DNA from: an uncultured delta proteobacterium
GTDB lineage: Bacteria > Desulfobacterota > Binatia > HRBIN30 > BPIQ01
Assembly: GCA_963761335.1 (NCBI GenBank)
Contig: CAVXGR010000013.1
Coordinates: 202,511 to 266,510, forward strand
Direction of reading: 5' to 3'
DNA: 64,000 bases
The notes under the pieces are model-generated. The model had not been told where the DNA came from. It worked only from the letters and a program-made list of their open reading frames with translations, and searched no databases. The position numbers were made by a program, and so were the translations under genes. Shown here one piece after another: positions 18,610-27,507 of this stretch. Position 1 is the first letter of the stretch. Every line of letters starts with the position of its first letter.

Positions 18610-19914
18610 TCAGAGCCGCGGCGCTCGCCGGCCGAGATCGAGCATCTCGCTGCGCAGCATCATGTAGAATTCCCGGGCGTATTTCACCTGGTGAACCGAC
18701 ACGGTGTCGGTGAAGTGCAGCTGGTCCCAGTCGATCTCGCCGTCCAGGCGGAGCTGCAGTCCGCTGGCCGGATAGGTGTAGCGCATGTCGTAGCGAGGCG
18801 GCTCTCCCCACTGAAAGACGTCGCCCTCGGGGCGCGAGAAATCGAAGTAGAAGTGCTCCTCCTGAGGGCCGAGCAGGACGTAGGCGATCACCTGTCCGCG
18901 CACCGCGGGAAGCTGCTCCCGAGTCTCCCGCCACAGGCCGAGGATGTAGTCCCGAAAGCGCTCGACCAGATCGGTCCGCGGCGGCGGCAGCTCGCGCTGT
19001 AGTCCGACCACCCAGTCCTGGACGCCCCTGGCGTACGCGTCAATGGCGGCGAGCTCCTCCTCTTTGTCGAGCACCGGGCACACCCGCCGCATCGAGCCGG
19101 CCGCCTCGATGCGGTCTCCCGGACCCATCAGCTCTCCGGCGATCCCCTTCTCCCGCAGCCGGCGAACCGCCTCTACGGCCGAGTTGAAGGAGACGTTCTT
19201 CCACAGCGCCGATTCCAGAAAGAAGCGGGCGCCGCTGGCAAAGGGAATCGCCAGCCGCGGCGCCAGGATCTCGGCCGCCTGCAGGAAGTCGTTGTAGCGC
19301 CGCTCCGAGGCCTCGTGCAGCAGCCGCGCCTTCTCCTCCTCATCCATCTCGAAGCAGATCGGGAAGAAGGACGCCGGCGAGTAGCCGAGCAGGGCGTAGT
19401 CGATGTCGAAGTGATCGCGTACCCAGGCGTATTTCGGCGGCCGCAGGAAGCAGTCGTTGTTCTCGAACAGGGCGAACTCGGGAGTGCGGATGACGATCGA
19501 GGAGTCGTAGGCAGCGCTCTCCTCGTAGTCGTGCTCGACGATGGCGATCTCGATGTCGGTGCCTTCGACGGCCACGGTCTCCTCGAAGGGCACCTCGATC
19601 ACCGGAAACCCGAGGCGGCGCACCGCGTCGCGGAACTCCTTGCGGCGATACTCGCCGATGTAGATCGGCGTATGCCGGGGGAAGAGCTCCAGCGTCGGCG
19701 GATTGAAGTGGTCCGGATGGATGTGAGAGATGTAGATGGCGTCGGTCGTCGCCGCCAGCTGCGCGGCGTCGTGAACCAGCGGCGGGAAGTGGAAGCCGCT
19801 GCTGCAGCCGATCGGATCGATCAGCCACGGGTCGGTGAGAATGGTCCGCCCACCGCTCTGCACGCGCAGGGTGGCATGACCGACGACCTCGACCCGAAAG
19901 TTTTCGCGGAGCAT
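18610..19914 (-). CDS. MBL-fold metalloenzyme (UlaG / CMP-Neu5Ac hydroxylase-like), possible SCP2-like C-terminus
   Basis: GHA...TDPWL...SHIHPDH (HxHxDH), DSS, NDC and PFAS motifs. Confidence 0.75.
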   Translation of the reverse strand: MLRENFRVEVVGHATLRVQSGGRTILTDPWLIDPIGCSSGFHFPPLVHDAAQLAATTDAIYISHIHPDHFNPPTLELFPRHTPIYIGEYRRKEFRDAVRRLGFPVIEVPFEETVAVEGTDIEIAIVEHDYEESAAYDSSIVIRTPEFALFENNDCFLRPPKYAWVRDHFDIDYALLGYSPASFFPICFEMDEEEKARLLHEASERRYNDFLQAAEILAPRLAIPFASGARFFLESALWKNVSFNSAVEAVRRLREKGIAGELMGPGDRIEAAGSMRRVCPVLDKEEELAAIDAYARGVQDWVVGLQRELPPPRTDLVERFRDYILGLWRETREQLPAVRGQVIAYVLLGPQEEHFYFDFSRPEGDVFQWGEPPRYDMRYTYPASGLQLRLDGEIDWDQLHFTDTVSVHQVKYAREFYMMLRSEMLDLGRRAPRL

Positions 19915-20095
19915 TACCGGACACCCCCGCCGAAGCTCGCGAGCGCTCCCCACAGCGCTCGCCACCAGCAGGTTTGGAATATGTACAACGCGGCCGAAGG
20001 ATTAGGCAAGGGCAGATGCGCCGCGGGGCGCCGCGGCGGGCCAGAACCTCGTCCGCTCAGTGGCCTTCGCCGCAGTGGAGCGATATAGCTTCGGC

Positions 20096-20893
20096 ATGTC
20101 CGCGGCTCGCTTCTTCGCTGCCGATCTCTTGAAGGATGCGGTGGTGCTGGTCACCGGCGGCGGCACCGGCATCGGCAAGGCCACGGCGATCGCGCTGGGC
20201 GGCTGCGGGGCGCACCTGGTGATCGCCAGCCGTCGCCGCGAGCACCTCGAGCAGGGGGCCGCCGAGATCGCCGCGGCGACCGGCGCGGTGCCGCTGACCC
20301 AGGTCTGCGACATCCGCCAGCCCGACCAGGTCGAGCAGCTCGCCGACTTCGTGGTCGCCGAGCGCGGCCACATCGACGTGCTGGTGAACAACGCCGGCGG
20401 ACAGTTTCCGCAGCGCGCCGAGCTGTACTCGGTAAACGGCTGGCGAGCGGTGATCGACACCAACCTGAACGGCACCTGGTACGTCACCCAGGCGATCGGC
20501 AAGCGCATGATCGCCGCCGGCAGCGGCACCGTGGTCAACGTCATCGCCAACCACCACCGCGGCATCCCCGGCGGCGCCCACACCTCGGCGGCGCGCGCCG
20601 CCGTCGCCAATCTCACCAAGACCCTGGCGGTCGAGTGGGGGCCGTACGGCATTCGCATAAACGCCGTGGCCCCGGGCCCGATCGCCTCGTCGGGATTCAC
20701 GCAGACGTACGACGCCGAGGTCGTCGAGCGCGCCCGCGACCTGCCGCTCGGCCGACTCGGCTCGGCGGAAGAAGTGGCCGCGGCCGTGGTCTTCCTCGCC
20801 TCACCGGCCTCAGCCTGGACCACCGGCGCCACCCTCGACGTGAACGGCGGCCAGCACCTCGACGGCGACACCTGGGTCGTCCGCAAGGGGTGA
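20096..20893 (+). CDS. Short-chain dehydrogenase (AtuB / enoyl-CoA reductase-like)
   Basis: TGGGTGIG, NNAGGQF, HTSAARA (atypical catalytic residues), NAVAPG. Confidence 0.85.
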   Translation: MSAARFFAADLLKDAVVLVTGGGTGIGKATAIALGGCGAHLVIASRRREHLEQGAAEIAAATGAVPLTQVCDIRQPDQVEQLADFVVAERGHIDVLVNNAGGQFPQRAELYSVNGWRAVIDTNLNGTWYVTQAIGKRMIAAGSGTVVNVIANHHRGIPGGAHTSAARAAVANLTKTLAVEWGPYGIRINAVAPGPIASSGFTQTYDAEVVERARDLPLGRLGSAEEVAAAVVFLASPASAWTTGATLDVNGGQHLDGDTWVVRKG

Positions 20894-20906
20894 ATCGCTC
20901 TGCGGT

Positions 20907-22049
20907 TCACTCCATCGCCGCGGAGATCGAGCGATGGAAGTGGGCGAGTCCGGGCTCGTTGCGGCCGTAGATCACCGTCTCGGCGCCGCCGGCGTGAAAG
21001 CCGCGCTGGATCTGCTCGGCGATGACGAAGTCCTCTCTCTCCACGGCATTCACCAGCAGGTCGAAGTTCGCCTGGAAGTGCCGGCGGGCGCTGTGACTGG
21101 CCACCGGCTCCGGGGTGTACAGCGAGAAGACGATCTTGGCGGTGTCGACTCCGCCCGACCCCGGATAGGCCTGCACCACCTCGACGTGATCCACCTGGTG
21201 GATGAGCATGGTGTTGGGAAAGATGTTGTACAGCACCACCGAGTGCTCGAACAGGTTCCACTCCGACTCCGGCTGTTCGCACGCCTGCGCAATCGAGCGC
21301 CGCGAGGCGACCATGCGGCTGCCGCGCCCGAAGGCGTCCCAGGCGGCCGCCGTTCCCAGGATCGCCGGGCTCAGCGTGCGCTTGTGCAGGCTCGGAACGT
21401 GGTAGGCCTCGAGAAAGGTGTCGATGACCAGCTTCCAGTTCATCGCCCGGGCGCTCTGGTGACGCGCGAAGGGCGCGTAGCCCTCGAGCCCAAGCGCCTG
21501 CAACTCCTCCTCGGCCCCGCCGAGGTGCGCGTCGACGTCGATCGGCTCACTGCCCGCGGCGCGCGCGAAGATCAGCCCGTGGCGCTCCGCCACCGGCAGC
21601 GGCATGAGCCCCAGAGACTCGGCGGGGATGCCCGCGAAACCCTCGGCGCAGGGTTGCGCCACCAGCCGTCCGGCGTCGTCGTAGGTCCATCCGTGATAGG
21701 GACAGGTGAAACGCCCGGAGCTGCTGCCGGCGCCCGATACCACCTGGGCGCCGCGGTGCCGGCAGACGGCGAGAAAGGCGCGCAGATCTCCGGCCCGCGA
21801 ACGGACCACGAGGATCGGCACGCCGCTGTCGGTGTGGGTGAAGTACGCGCCCGGCTCGGCGGCGTCGCCGCGCAGCCCGATGAACAGCGGCGCGCCCCGG
21901 AAGAGCACGGCGCGCTCGCGCTCCAGCTGCTCCGGCGAAGTGTAGGCAGACACCCGATTGAGATACGGCTCCGGCGCCATCTCGGTGGTGCGCCGATCGA
22001 GAAACCCGAGAATGCGCCGCATCAGGGCCACCTGAGTGGCGTGATTCAT
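20907..22049 (-). CDS. Rieske non-heme iron oxygenase alpha subunit
   Basis: CRHRG...CPYHGW Rieske ligands; NWK...FLEAYHVPSLH and C-terminal ED iron ligands. Confidence 0.92.
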   Translation of the reverse strand: MNHATQVALMRRILGFLDRRTTEMAPEPYLNRVSAYTSPEQLERERAVLFRGAPLFIGLRGDAAEPGAYFTHTDSGVPILVVRSRAGDLRAFLAVCRHRGAQVVSGAGSSSGRFTCPYHGWTYDDAGRLVAQPCAEGFAGIPAESLGLMPLPVAERHGLIFARAAGSEPIDVDAHLGGAEEELQALGLEGYAPFARHQSARAMNWKLVIDTFLEAYHVPSLHKRTLSPAILGTAAAWDAFGRGSRMVASRRSIAQACEQPESEWNLFEHSVVLYNIFPNTMLIHQVDHVEVVQAYPGSGGVDTAKIVFSLYTPEPVASHSARRHFQANFDLLVNAVEREDFVIAEQIQRGFHAGGAETVIYGRNEPGLAHFHRSISAAME

Positions 22050-22104
22050 GGCGCCCTAGGCTGTAGCGGCAGCCCCCTCCCCGGTCAACCGGCGGCTACC
22101 GCAC

Positions 22105-22225
22105 GTGTCTCGGTGGCTCGGTGGCCCGGTGGCTCAGTGTCTCGGTGGCTCAGTTTATCCGATTTGATTGCCACTGAGAGACTTAGTCACCGAGATACTG
22201 AGAGACTGAGTCACTGAGATACCGA
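22105..22225. repeat. Inverted arrays of 8-bp units (GTGKCTCR)
   Basis: 6 units at 22105-22152 and 7 complementary units at 22170-22225. Confidence 0.85.
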
Positions 22226-24733
22226 ACCCAGCTGCTCGTACTGCTGCGCCTGGGCTTGCAGATCTGCCGCAAGGGCAGTCTGGCCGCGCCCGGCGGCGGC
22301 GTCGCGGCCTTGGCGCGCCATCCTCGCGGCCTCCTCGAAGCGCCCGGCGGCGGCACAGGCCGCCGCCAGGGTGCGCAGGCGCACCGGATCGGCGTAGCCG
22401 GTCAGCTCGCAGGCGCGCTGTGCCCAGCGCATCGCCTCCTCCGCCTTCTGCGGCGAGAGCTCGTGCAACGACAGCAGGGTGCGGGCGGTGGCTTCAAAGA
22501 GATCGGGCTCGGTGGTGACCTGCCGCGCCGCCAACCGCAGGACCGCGACCGCAGCGCCGCTGCGCCCATCGGCAGCGAGCTCGCGGGCGCGATCGATGGC
22601 GGTGCGCGCCTGCACCGCGGCGCGCCGGCGCGCGCCTTCCCGCGCCGAGGCGAACTCGGCACAGCTTGCGGCTCGCTGCCGCGCTTCCGGCATCGCCGGT
22701 TTCCAGCCCGCCTTCGCCGGCGCCGCGGCGTACACCTCAGAGATTCTCGCCGCTCCCGTGAAGGTGTACAGCGTCGCCGCCGGCCAGCGACGACACACGC
22801 CGGCGGAAACCTCCGACAGCTGCTCGTGCGCCGGACTCCAGAACACCGCACCCGGCGGCGCCGCACTCGCCGGCAGGCTACCCGGTCCTTCGTAGGCGAG
22901 CACCGGGACCGGCGCCGCGCCCAGATGAGCAGCGATCTGCCGAGTGTACAGCCACATGAAGGACCGCTTGGGAATGCTCGGCTCGAGAATCAGCGCTCCC
23001 CCCGGAGGCGGCCGCCTCTGCATCGCCTCGAAGGCAATGTCGAGCCATGAGGCCGGCAGAGTCCGCAAGTTGACCACCTCGAAGAGAAGGGTCCCGCCCG
23101 CCGCAATTGCCGCCACGGCGAGCCCGGCGGCGAGGCCGCGGCGAAGCGGGTAGGCGAGGGCGGCGAGGATCTCGAACCCGGTGGCAGCGAGCAGCGCCAT
23201 GGCCACCGGCAGCTGCGCCAGGCGATTGAGGGAGGTGCGGTCGTAGGTCGAGGTGAGAAGAGCCGGCCCGAGCGCCACGCCCAGAAAGAGGATGAGGGCC
23301 CGGGCGCGATTCGACCCCCGCAGCCCCCGCAGGCAACCGGCCACGGCGACGGCAGCGAGCACCAGGCCGAGCGGATCGAAGAGAGCGTCGCCCTGCAGCC
23401 GCGACGGCGTGCGCGGGATCGCAAAGGGCGCCAGCAGAGCGCCAAGCGGGACATCGAGCCGACCGAGGCGGAAGAACTCGTTGGTGATCTCGGAAACGAG
23501 ATGGGTGACCTGCCCGAGCATGGCCGCCTCGATCATCGTCCACTGCCACGCCGGCTGCGCATACCGAAAGATCATCCCGGGAAGGTCCGCGGCGCGCCCG
23601 AGGGCGGGGAGAACCACGGCCAGAAACGACAGCGCCGCGATGGCCAGCGCCAGTGGCGGCAGCCGCGGGCGCCGGAGCGCCGTCCAGGCACACAGAGGTA
23701 GGGCGAGGACGGCGACCGGGACCTGGAAAAACTCCGTGCAGGCGATGCCTGCGGTGACCCCCAACACGGCGAGCGCCGGCACGGATCGGTCGCGGTGCAC
23801 GGCGAGCAACGGCACCAGGACGATGGCGGTGAACAGCGGTCCCACACAGTAGGGAATCGGAGCCAGCGGCATCATCAGTACTGCCGGCGCGAAGAGAAAG
23901 GCGGCGGCGGCGAGGGGAGCGGCGCGGCCACTGCCGAGAAGCGCCCGCGCCAACCAGGCGATCAGGGCCGCGGAGAGGCCGACCCAACCGATCTCCAAGG
24001 CCTGAATCCACGAGACTTCGATCGGCAACCCGTGCGTGCCGAGAATCCCGCCGCCGACGGTGATCAAATGGAGCGCCGTCAGCCCTGGGAGAAATCCGTC
24101 TGTCAGAATGTTGAATCCGGGACGCGCCGCCCACTCCAGATACGGGATGGCCACCCAGGTATCGACGAGATCGGCGGAACGGGGCGCGTGCAGTCCGTGC
24201 AGGTAGCGGAACACCCCCCAGGCGCAGATGATCGCCGCCGTGGCGGCGATGCTGGCGCGGCCGCCCGTCGCGGGACGCTCGTCCGGCGAGCGGCGGCTGC
24301 CGAGGGTGAGGACGAGGGCAGGGAGGGCGAGGCAGGCGACGTAGGCGAGCTGCCCGTGCCGGTCGAGATCCGCCGCCCACCAGGCGGCCAGCGCCTGCGC
24401 CGCGGCCAGCAACAGAGCCAGCAGCTGCACCGGCATGGCCACGCGGCGCCGAGACGCCGCGGGGGCCGAGGGCAGGTCGCCGGTGACGCACACCGACAGA
24501 GCAATGAGGACCATCCCGGCCCCGAGACATGCCAGCCGGGCAATGATCCACCAGGCGGGCAACGCTGGAAACAAGCGAGCCATCAGACTCGCATCGAGCG
24601 CCGGCGGGCGCAGCGGCGCCGCCGGCGGTGGAAAGAGCAACGACCCCGCGTAGACGGTCAAGAAGGCCATCCCCGCGGCCAGCAGTAGATGGGGTGCGCG
24701 GCCGGGCGCTTCTGCGAGATTTCCAGGCGGCAT
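22211..24733 (-). CDS. GT-C-like polytopic membrane protein, copy 1, with C-terminal TPR-like extension
   Basis: Many TM segments; family motifs FP..P.WW...RL, ADLVDTW, PFA..R...RL.GD.LFDPL, FWSP, C..WP.A.LY; LAAACAAAGRFEEA TPR-like helix. Confidence 0.65.
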   Translation of the reverse strand: MPPGNLAEAPGRAPHLLLAAGMAFLTVYAGSLLFPPPAAPLRPPALDASLMARLFPALPAWWIIARLACLGAGMVLIALSVCVTGDLPSAPAASRRRVAMPVQLLALLLAAAQALAAWWAADLDRHGQLAYVACLALPALVLTLGSRRSPDERPATGGRASIAATAAIICAWGVFRYLHGLHAPRSADLVDTWVAIPYLEWAARPGFNILTDGFLPGLTALHLITVGGGILGTHGLPIEVSWIQALEIGWVGLSAALIAWLARALLGSGRAAPLAAAAFLFAPAVLMMPLAPIPYCVGPLFTAIVLVPLLAVHRDRSVPALAVLGVTAGIACTEFFQVPVAVLALPLCAWTALRRPRLPPLALAIAALSFLAVVLPALGRAADLPGMIFRYAQPAWQWTMIEAAMLGQVTHLVSEITNEFFRLGRLDVPLGALLAPFAIPRTPSRLQGDALFDPLGLVLAAVAVAGCLRGLRGSNRARALILFLGVALGPALLTSTYDRTSLNRLAQLPVAMALLAATGFEILAALAYPLRRGLAAGLAVAAIAAGGTLLFEVVNLRTLPASWLDIAFEAMQRRPPPGGALILEPSIPKRSFMWLYTRQIAAHLGAAPVPVLAYEGPGSLPASAAPPGAVFWSPAHEQLSEVSAGVCRRWPAATLYTFTGAARISEVYAAAPAKAGWKPAMPEARQRAASCAEFASAREGARRRAAVQARTAIDRARELAADGRSGAAVAVLRLAARQVTTEPDLFEATARTLLSLHELSPQKAEEAMRWAQRACELTGYADPVRLRTLAAACAAAGRFEEAARMARQGRDAAAGRGQTALAADLQAQAQQYEQLGSVSQ

Positions 24734-24845
24734 CTGCGGCTCTCCTTCTAACCCGCCCGCGGCAGGCGAGGAAGGGAAGCGGCCGCCCCGGCGGCGGGGA
24801 AGGTTCCCCTTCCGCCACACTTTGCCGCGTTGTATACCCGAACCG

Positions 24846-25889
24846 ATGCACATTCGCGTCGCCCGCGAGCAGGGCGGTCGTCTGGAAGAGGCGTTGGCGA
24901 CGCTTGTTCCCCTCGAGCCGTACCTCGCCTACGCCAACTTCCCGGCGATCTGCCGCCGGGAGGGTGGCCTTCTCGGCCTGCATATGCGCCGCTGGCGCGC
25001 CGCCGCCGGGGGCCTCGGCGTCCTGGTGGCCCGCGGCGACGACGGACGGCCGCTGGCCGCTCTCTCTCTGGAGCACCGCGATTTCGAGTCGCGCCATTTC
25101 GGCCTGTCGATGGCGAAGACCGAGCCGCCGGCGGCAATTGCCGACGAGCCTTTGCGCCTCGAGGCGCTGCGCGCCCTCTACGGCGCCGCCTTCGCGACTC
25201 TGCGCGAAGGCGGCTACCAGCATCTCGCCGTGGTCACCTCGACCCACGACCGCGTCGGCTGCTGGGCGCTGCAGGAGCTCGGCGGCTTCCACGTGGGGAC
25301 GAAGATCTCGTGGATGCAGAGCCTGACCGGCTGTCCCAACCAGAGCCGGCCGGCAGCGCCGCTGCGCATCGAGCTCCACGACAAGGCGACCATCGGCGCT
25401 ATCGACCCCGCCAGCTGGAGTCGGCTGCACGAGTGGAGCGGCCAGGCCTTCGATCGAGGTCCATACGTCTTCGATCTCCACGTGCCCCGCGAGCGGGCCG
25501 TCGCCGTGTACCAGGTGTGGACCCGCAAGGCGCTGACCGGCGAGTGGGCCGACATCCTTCTCGTGGTGCGCGACGGCGACGAGATCGTCGCCTTCAACTC
25601 GATGATGCTGCTGCAGGACCTCACCGACGCCGCCGGCGTCGGCATCCTCGGGCGCGGCATCGGCGCCTCGCTTCCCGGCTATCGCGGCCTGTTCACAGCG
25701 CTGCAGAGGGAATGCTCGGCGGTGCGCCCGCTCGGCGCCGGATACCTCGAGAACGAGACGCAGGCGTCGACGGTGCAGAGTATCAACGTCTTCGGCAACC
25801 TCGGCCACCACTGCCTGCGCTCCACGGCGAGCTTCCATGTCCGCCTCGACAAGGGCGCCGATTCGCCTGGGAGCGCCAAATGCAGATGA
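24846..25889 (+). CDS. Tandem GNAT-fold acyltransferase, WecD-like
   Basis: DFESRHFG N-terminal motif, F.FD.H.......VY..W, PGYRG..., ETQAS...SINVF..LG as in TDP-fucosamine acetyltransferase-like proteins. Confidence 0.6.
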   Translation: MHIRVAREQGGRLEEALATLVPLEPYLAYANFPAICRREGGLLGLHMRRWRAAAGGLGVLVARGDDGRPLAALSLEHRDFESRHFGLSMAKTEPPAAIADEPLRLEALRALYGAAFATLREGGYQHLAVVTSTHDRVGCWALQELGGFHVGTKISWMQSLTGCPNQSRPAAPLRIELHDKATIGAIDPASWSRLHEWSGQAFDRGPYVFDLHVPRERAVAVYQVWTRKALTGEWADILLVVRDGDEIVAFNSMMLLQDLTDAAGVGILGRGIGASLPGYRGLFTALQRECSAVRPLGAGYLENETQASTVQSINVFGNLGHHCLRSTASFHVRLDKGADSPGSAKCR

Positions 25890-26698
25890 GCGGAATCCTC
25901 GAGCCGAGCCTCGGCGCCTACCTGAGCTACTACCTGGGCTTCTGCCTCCGCTACTTCGCGGTGATGGGGGGCATCTACTGGTACTTCCACCTGGCCCGCA
26001 GGCAGAAGTACCTTGACCGCCGGATTCAGGACGACTTCCCCTCGGCAACCGAGGTGGGCCACGAGATCCGCTGGTCGATGCTCAGCGGCGCCACCACCGG
26101 GCTCTCAACCATTCTGCTCTACCGCCTCATTCTCGACGGTCATACCAGCATGTACTTCGACGTCGGCGAGCGCGGCTGGCTCTACCTGGCGGCGTCGGTG
26201 CTCGCCGGCCTCGTCAGCTACGACACCTGCAACTACTGGCAACACCGCCTGCTGCACACGGCGTGGATGTTCCGGCACATCCACGCCGTGCATCACCGGA
26301 TCGAGAACCCCACGGTGTTCGCCTCCTTCGCCCGCCACCCCATCGAGGCGATGATGGAGCACGCCTACTTCATCTCCTTCGTGGTTCTGGTGCCGGTGCA
26401 CCCTTTGGCGATGGCAGCGATCGTCGCTTACTTTTTCGCATTCGGCGTCATCGGGCACCTGGGATACGAGTTCTACCCGCGCGGCTTCACTCGCCACCCG
26501 ATTCTCGGCTGGATCAACACGGCGACGCACCACAACATGCACCACAGTCACACGGACTGTAACTACGGCTGGTTCAATCTGTGGGACTGGCTGATGGGCA
26601 CCAATCACCCGACCTACCACGACACCTTCGACGCCATCAAAGCGCGCCGTAGCGCGCCCGGCGCCGCAGCGGTCACTGCGACATCACAAGCGGCCTGA
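25886..26698 (+). CDS. Sterol desaturase family, copy 2
   Basis: HRLLH, HAVHH, HNMHH; ATGA overlap with the GNAT stop codon. Confidence 0.9.
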   Translation: MSGILEPSLGAYLSYYLGFCLRYFAVMGGIYWYFHLARRQKYLDRRIQDDFPSATEVGHEIRWSMLSGATTGLSTILLYRLILDGHTSMYFDVGERGWLYLAASVLAGLVSYDTCNYWQHRLLHTAWMFRHIHAVHHRIENPTVFASFARHPIEAMMEHAYFISFVVLVPVHPLAMAAIVAYFFAFGVIGHLGYEFYPRGFTRHPILGWINTATHHNMHHSHTDCNYGWFNLWDWLMGTNHPTYHDTFDAIKARRSAPGAAAVTATSQAA

Positions 26699-26734
26699 TC
26701 GCCGCAATCTCGCTGGCCGCTCTCGCCTTCGCGG

Positions 26735-27022
26735 CTATCCCCTACCCCGCGCCCAGGCCTGCAGCTCGCGTATGCGGAGATATCCGCCGGCGCCCTCGAC
26801 GATGCCTTCGGCGCGGGCGTCGTGGATGCAGTCCACCGGACAGAGCGGCACGCAGAAGCCGCAGTCGATGCACTCCTCCAGGACGATCGCCAGGCGGCCG
26901 AGGAAGTCGCCGGGGACCGGGTAGATGGCGTCGACCTTGCCCGGACAGGCGCTCTCGCAGGCGCCGCAACCGATGCATGTCGCATCGATGTAGAAATGCC
27001 CCGGCCGCCGCGCCACGTTCAC
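26735..27022 (-). CDS. 2[4Fe-4S] ferredoxin
   Basis: CIGCGACESACP and CIDCGFCVPLCP; GTG start overlapping the upstream TGA. Confidence 0.9.
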   Translation of the reverse strand: MNVARRPGHFYIDATCIGCGACESACPGKVDAIYPVPGDFLGRLAIVLEECIDCGFCVPLCPVDCIHDARAEGIVEGAGGYLRIRELQAWARGRG

Positions 27023-27507
27023 TCCGCAAAGCTCGTGCGGAAGGTCGCGGAGGCGTTCACAAACTCCTGCAGGCTCTGGTTGTAGCGGAAGTACAGGTCG
27101 CGGCGCAGGGGATCGTCGCCGCGCAGGGCGATCGGGTGGCCCATGTGCGTCAGCCGGTTGAGCGTGTGCTCCAAGTCCGGACGCCCGCCGCCTTCGGCGA
27201 TGCTCTCGATCATCTCGCGCCAGGTGGCAAGCGACGCCTCGAGAACGAAATCCGCCCGCTCCGCGTCGTCGGGGCCGACCTCGCAAACGTCCCGCGCCGC
27301 GAACTCCTCGAAGGTGACCTGCACGCTCCAAGGCCGCATACCGGAGACAGCGTCGATGACGGTGAACTGCGCCACACAGTCGACGTAGCCGAGCTGCTCC
27401 TGCCGGGCGCGGTTGGTGTTCATGCAGTCCGCCAAGCGGTGAAACCACTCCGCCGACGGAAACGGCACCAGCGTCGTGCCCTCGGGCGACACGCCGGTGC
27501 CGCTCAC
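27019..27507 (-). CDS. SCP2/sterol-carrier-like small protein
   Basis: FPSAEWF N-terminal motif and ADFVLEA...W..MI typical of SCP2-like proteins; GTGA coupling on both sides. Confidence 0.6.
   Translation of the reverse strand: MSGTGVSPEGTTLVPFPSAEWFHRLADCMNTNRARQEQLGYVDCVAQFTVIDAVSGMRPWSVQVTFEEFAARDVCEVGPDDAERADFVLEASLATWREMIESIAEGGGRPDLEHTLNRLTHMGHPIALRGDDPLRRDLYFRYNQSLQEFVNASATFRTSFAE

Noticed and set aside
22105-22225. Possible CRISPR array
   Set aside because: 8-bp units with no unique spacers and no cas genes
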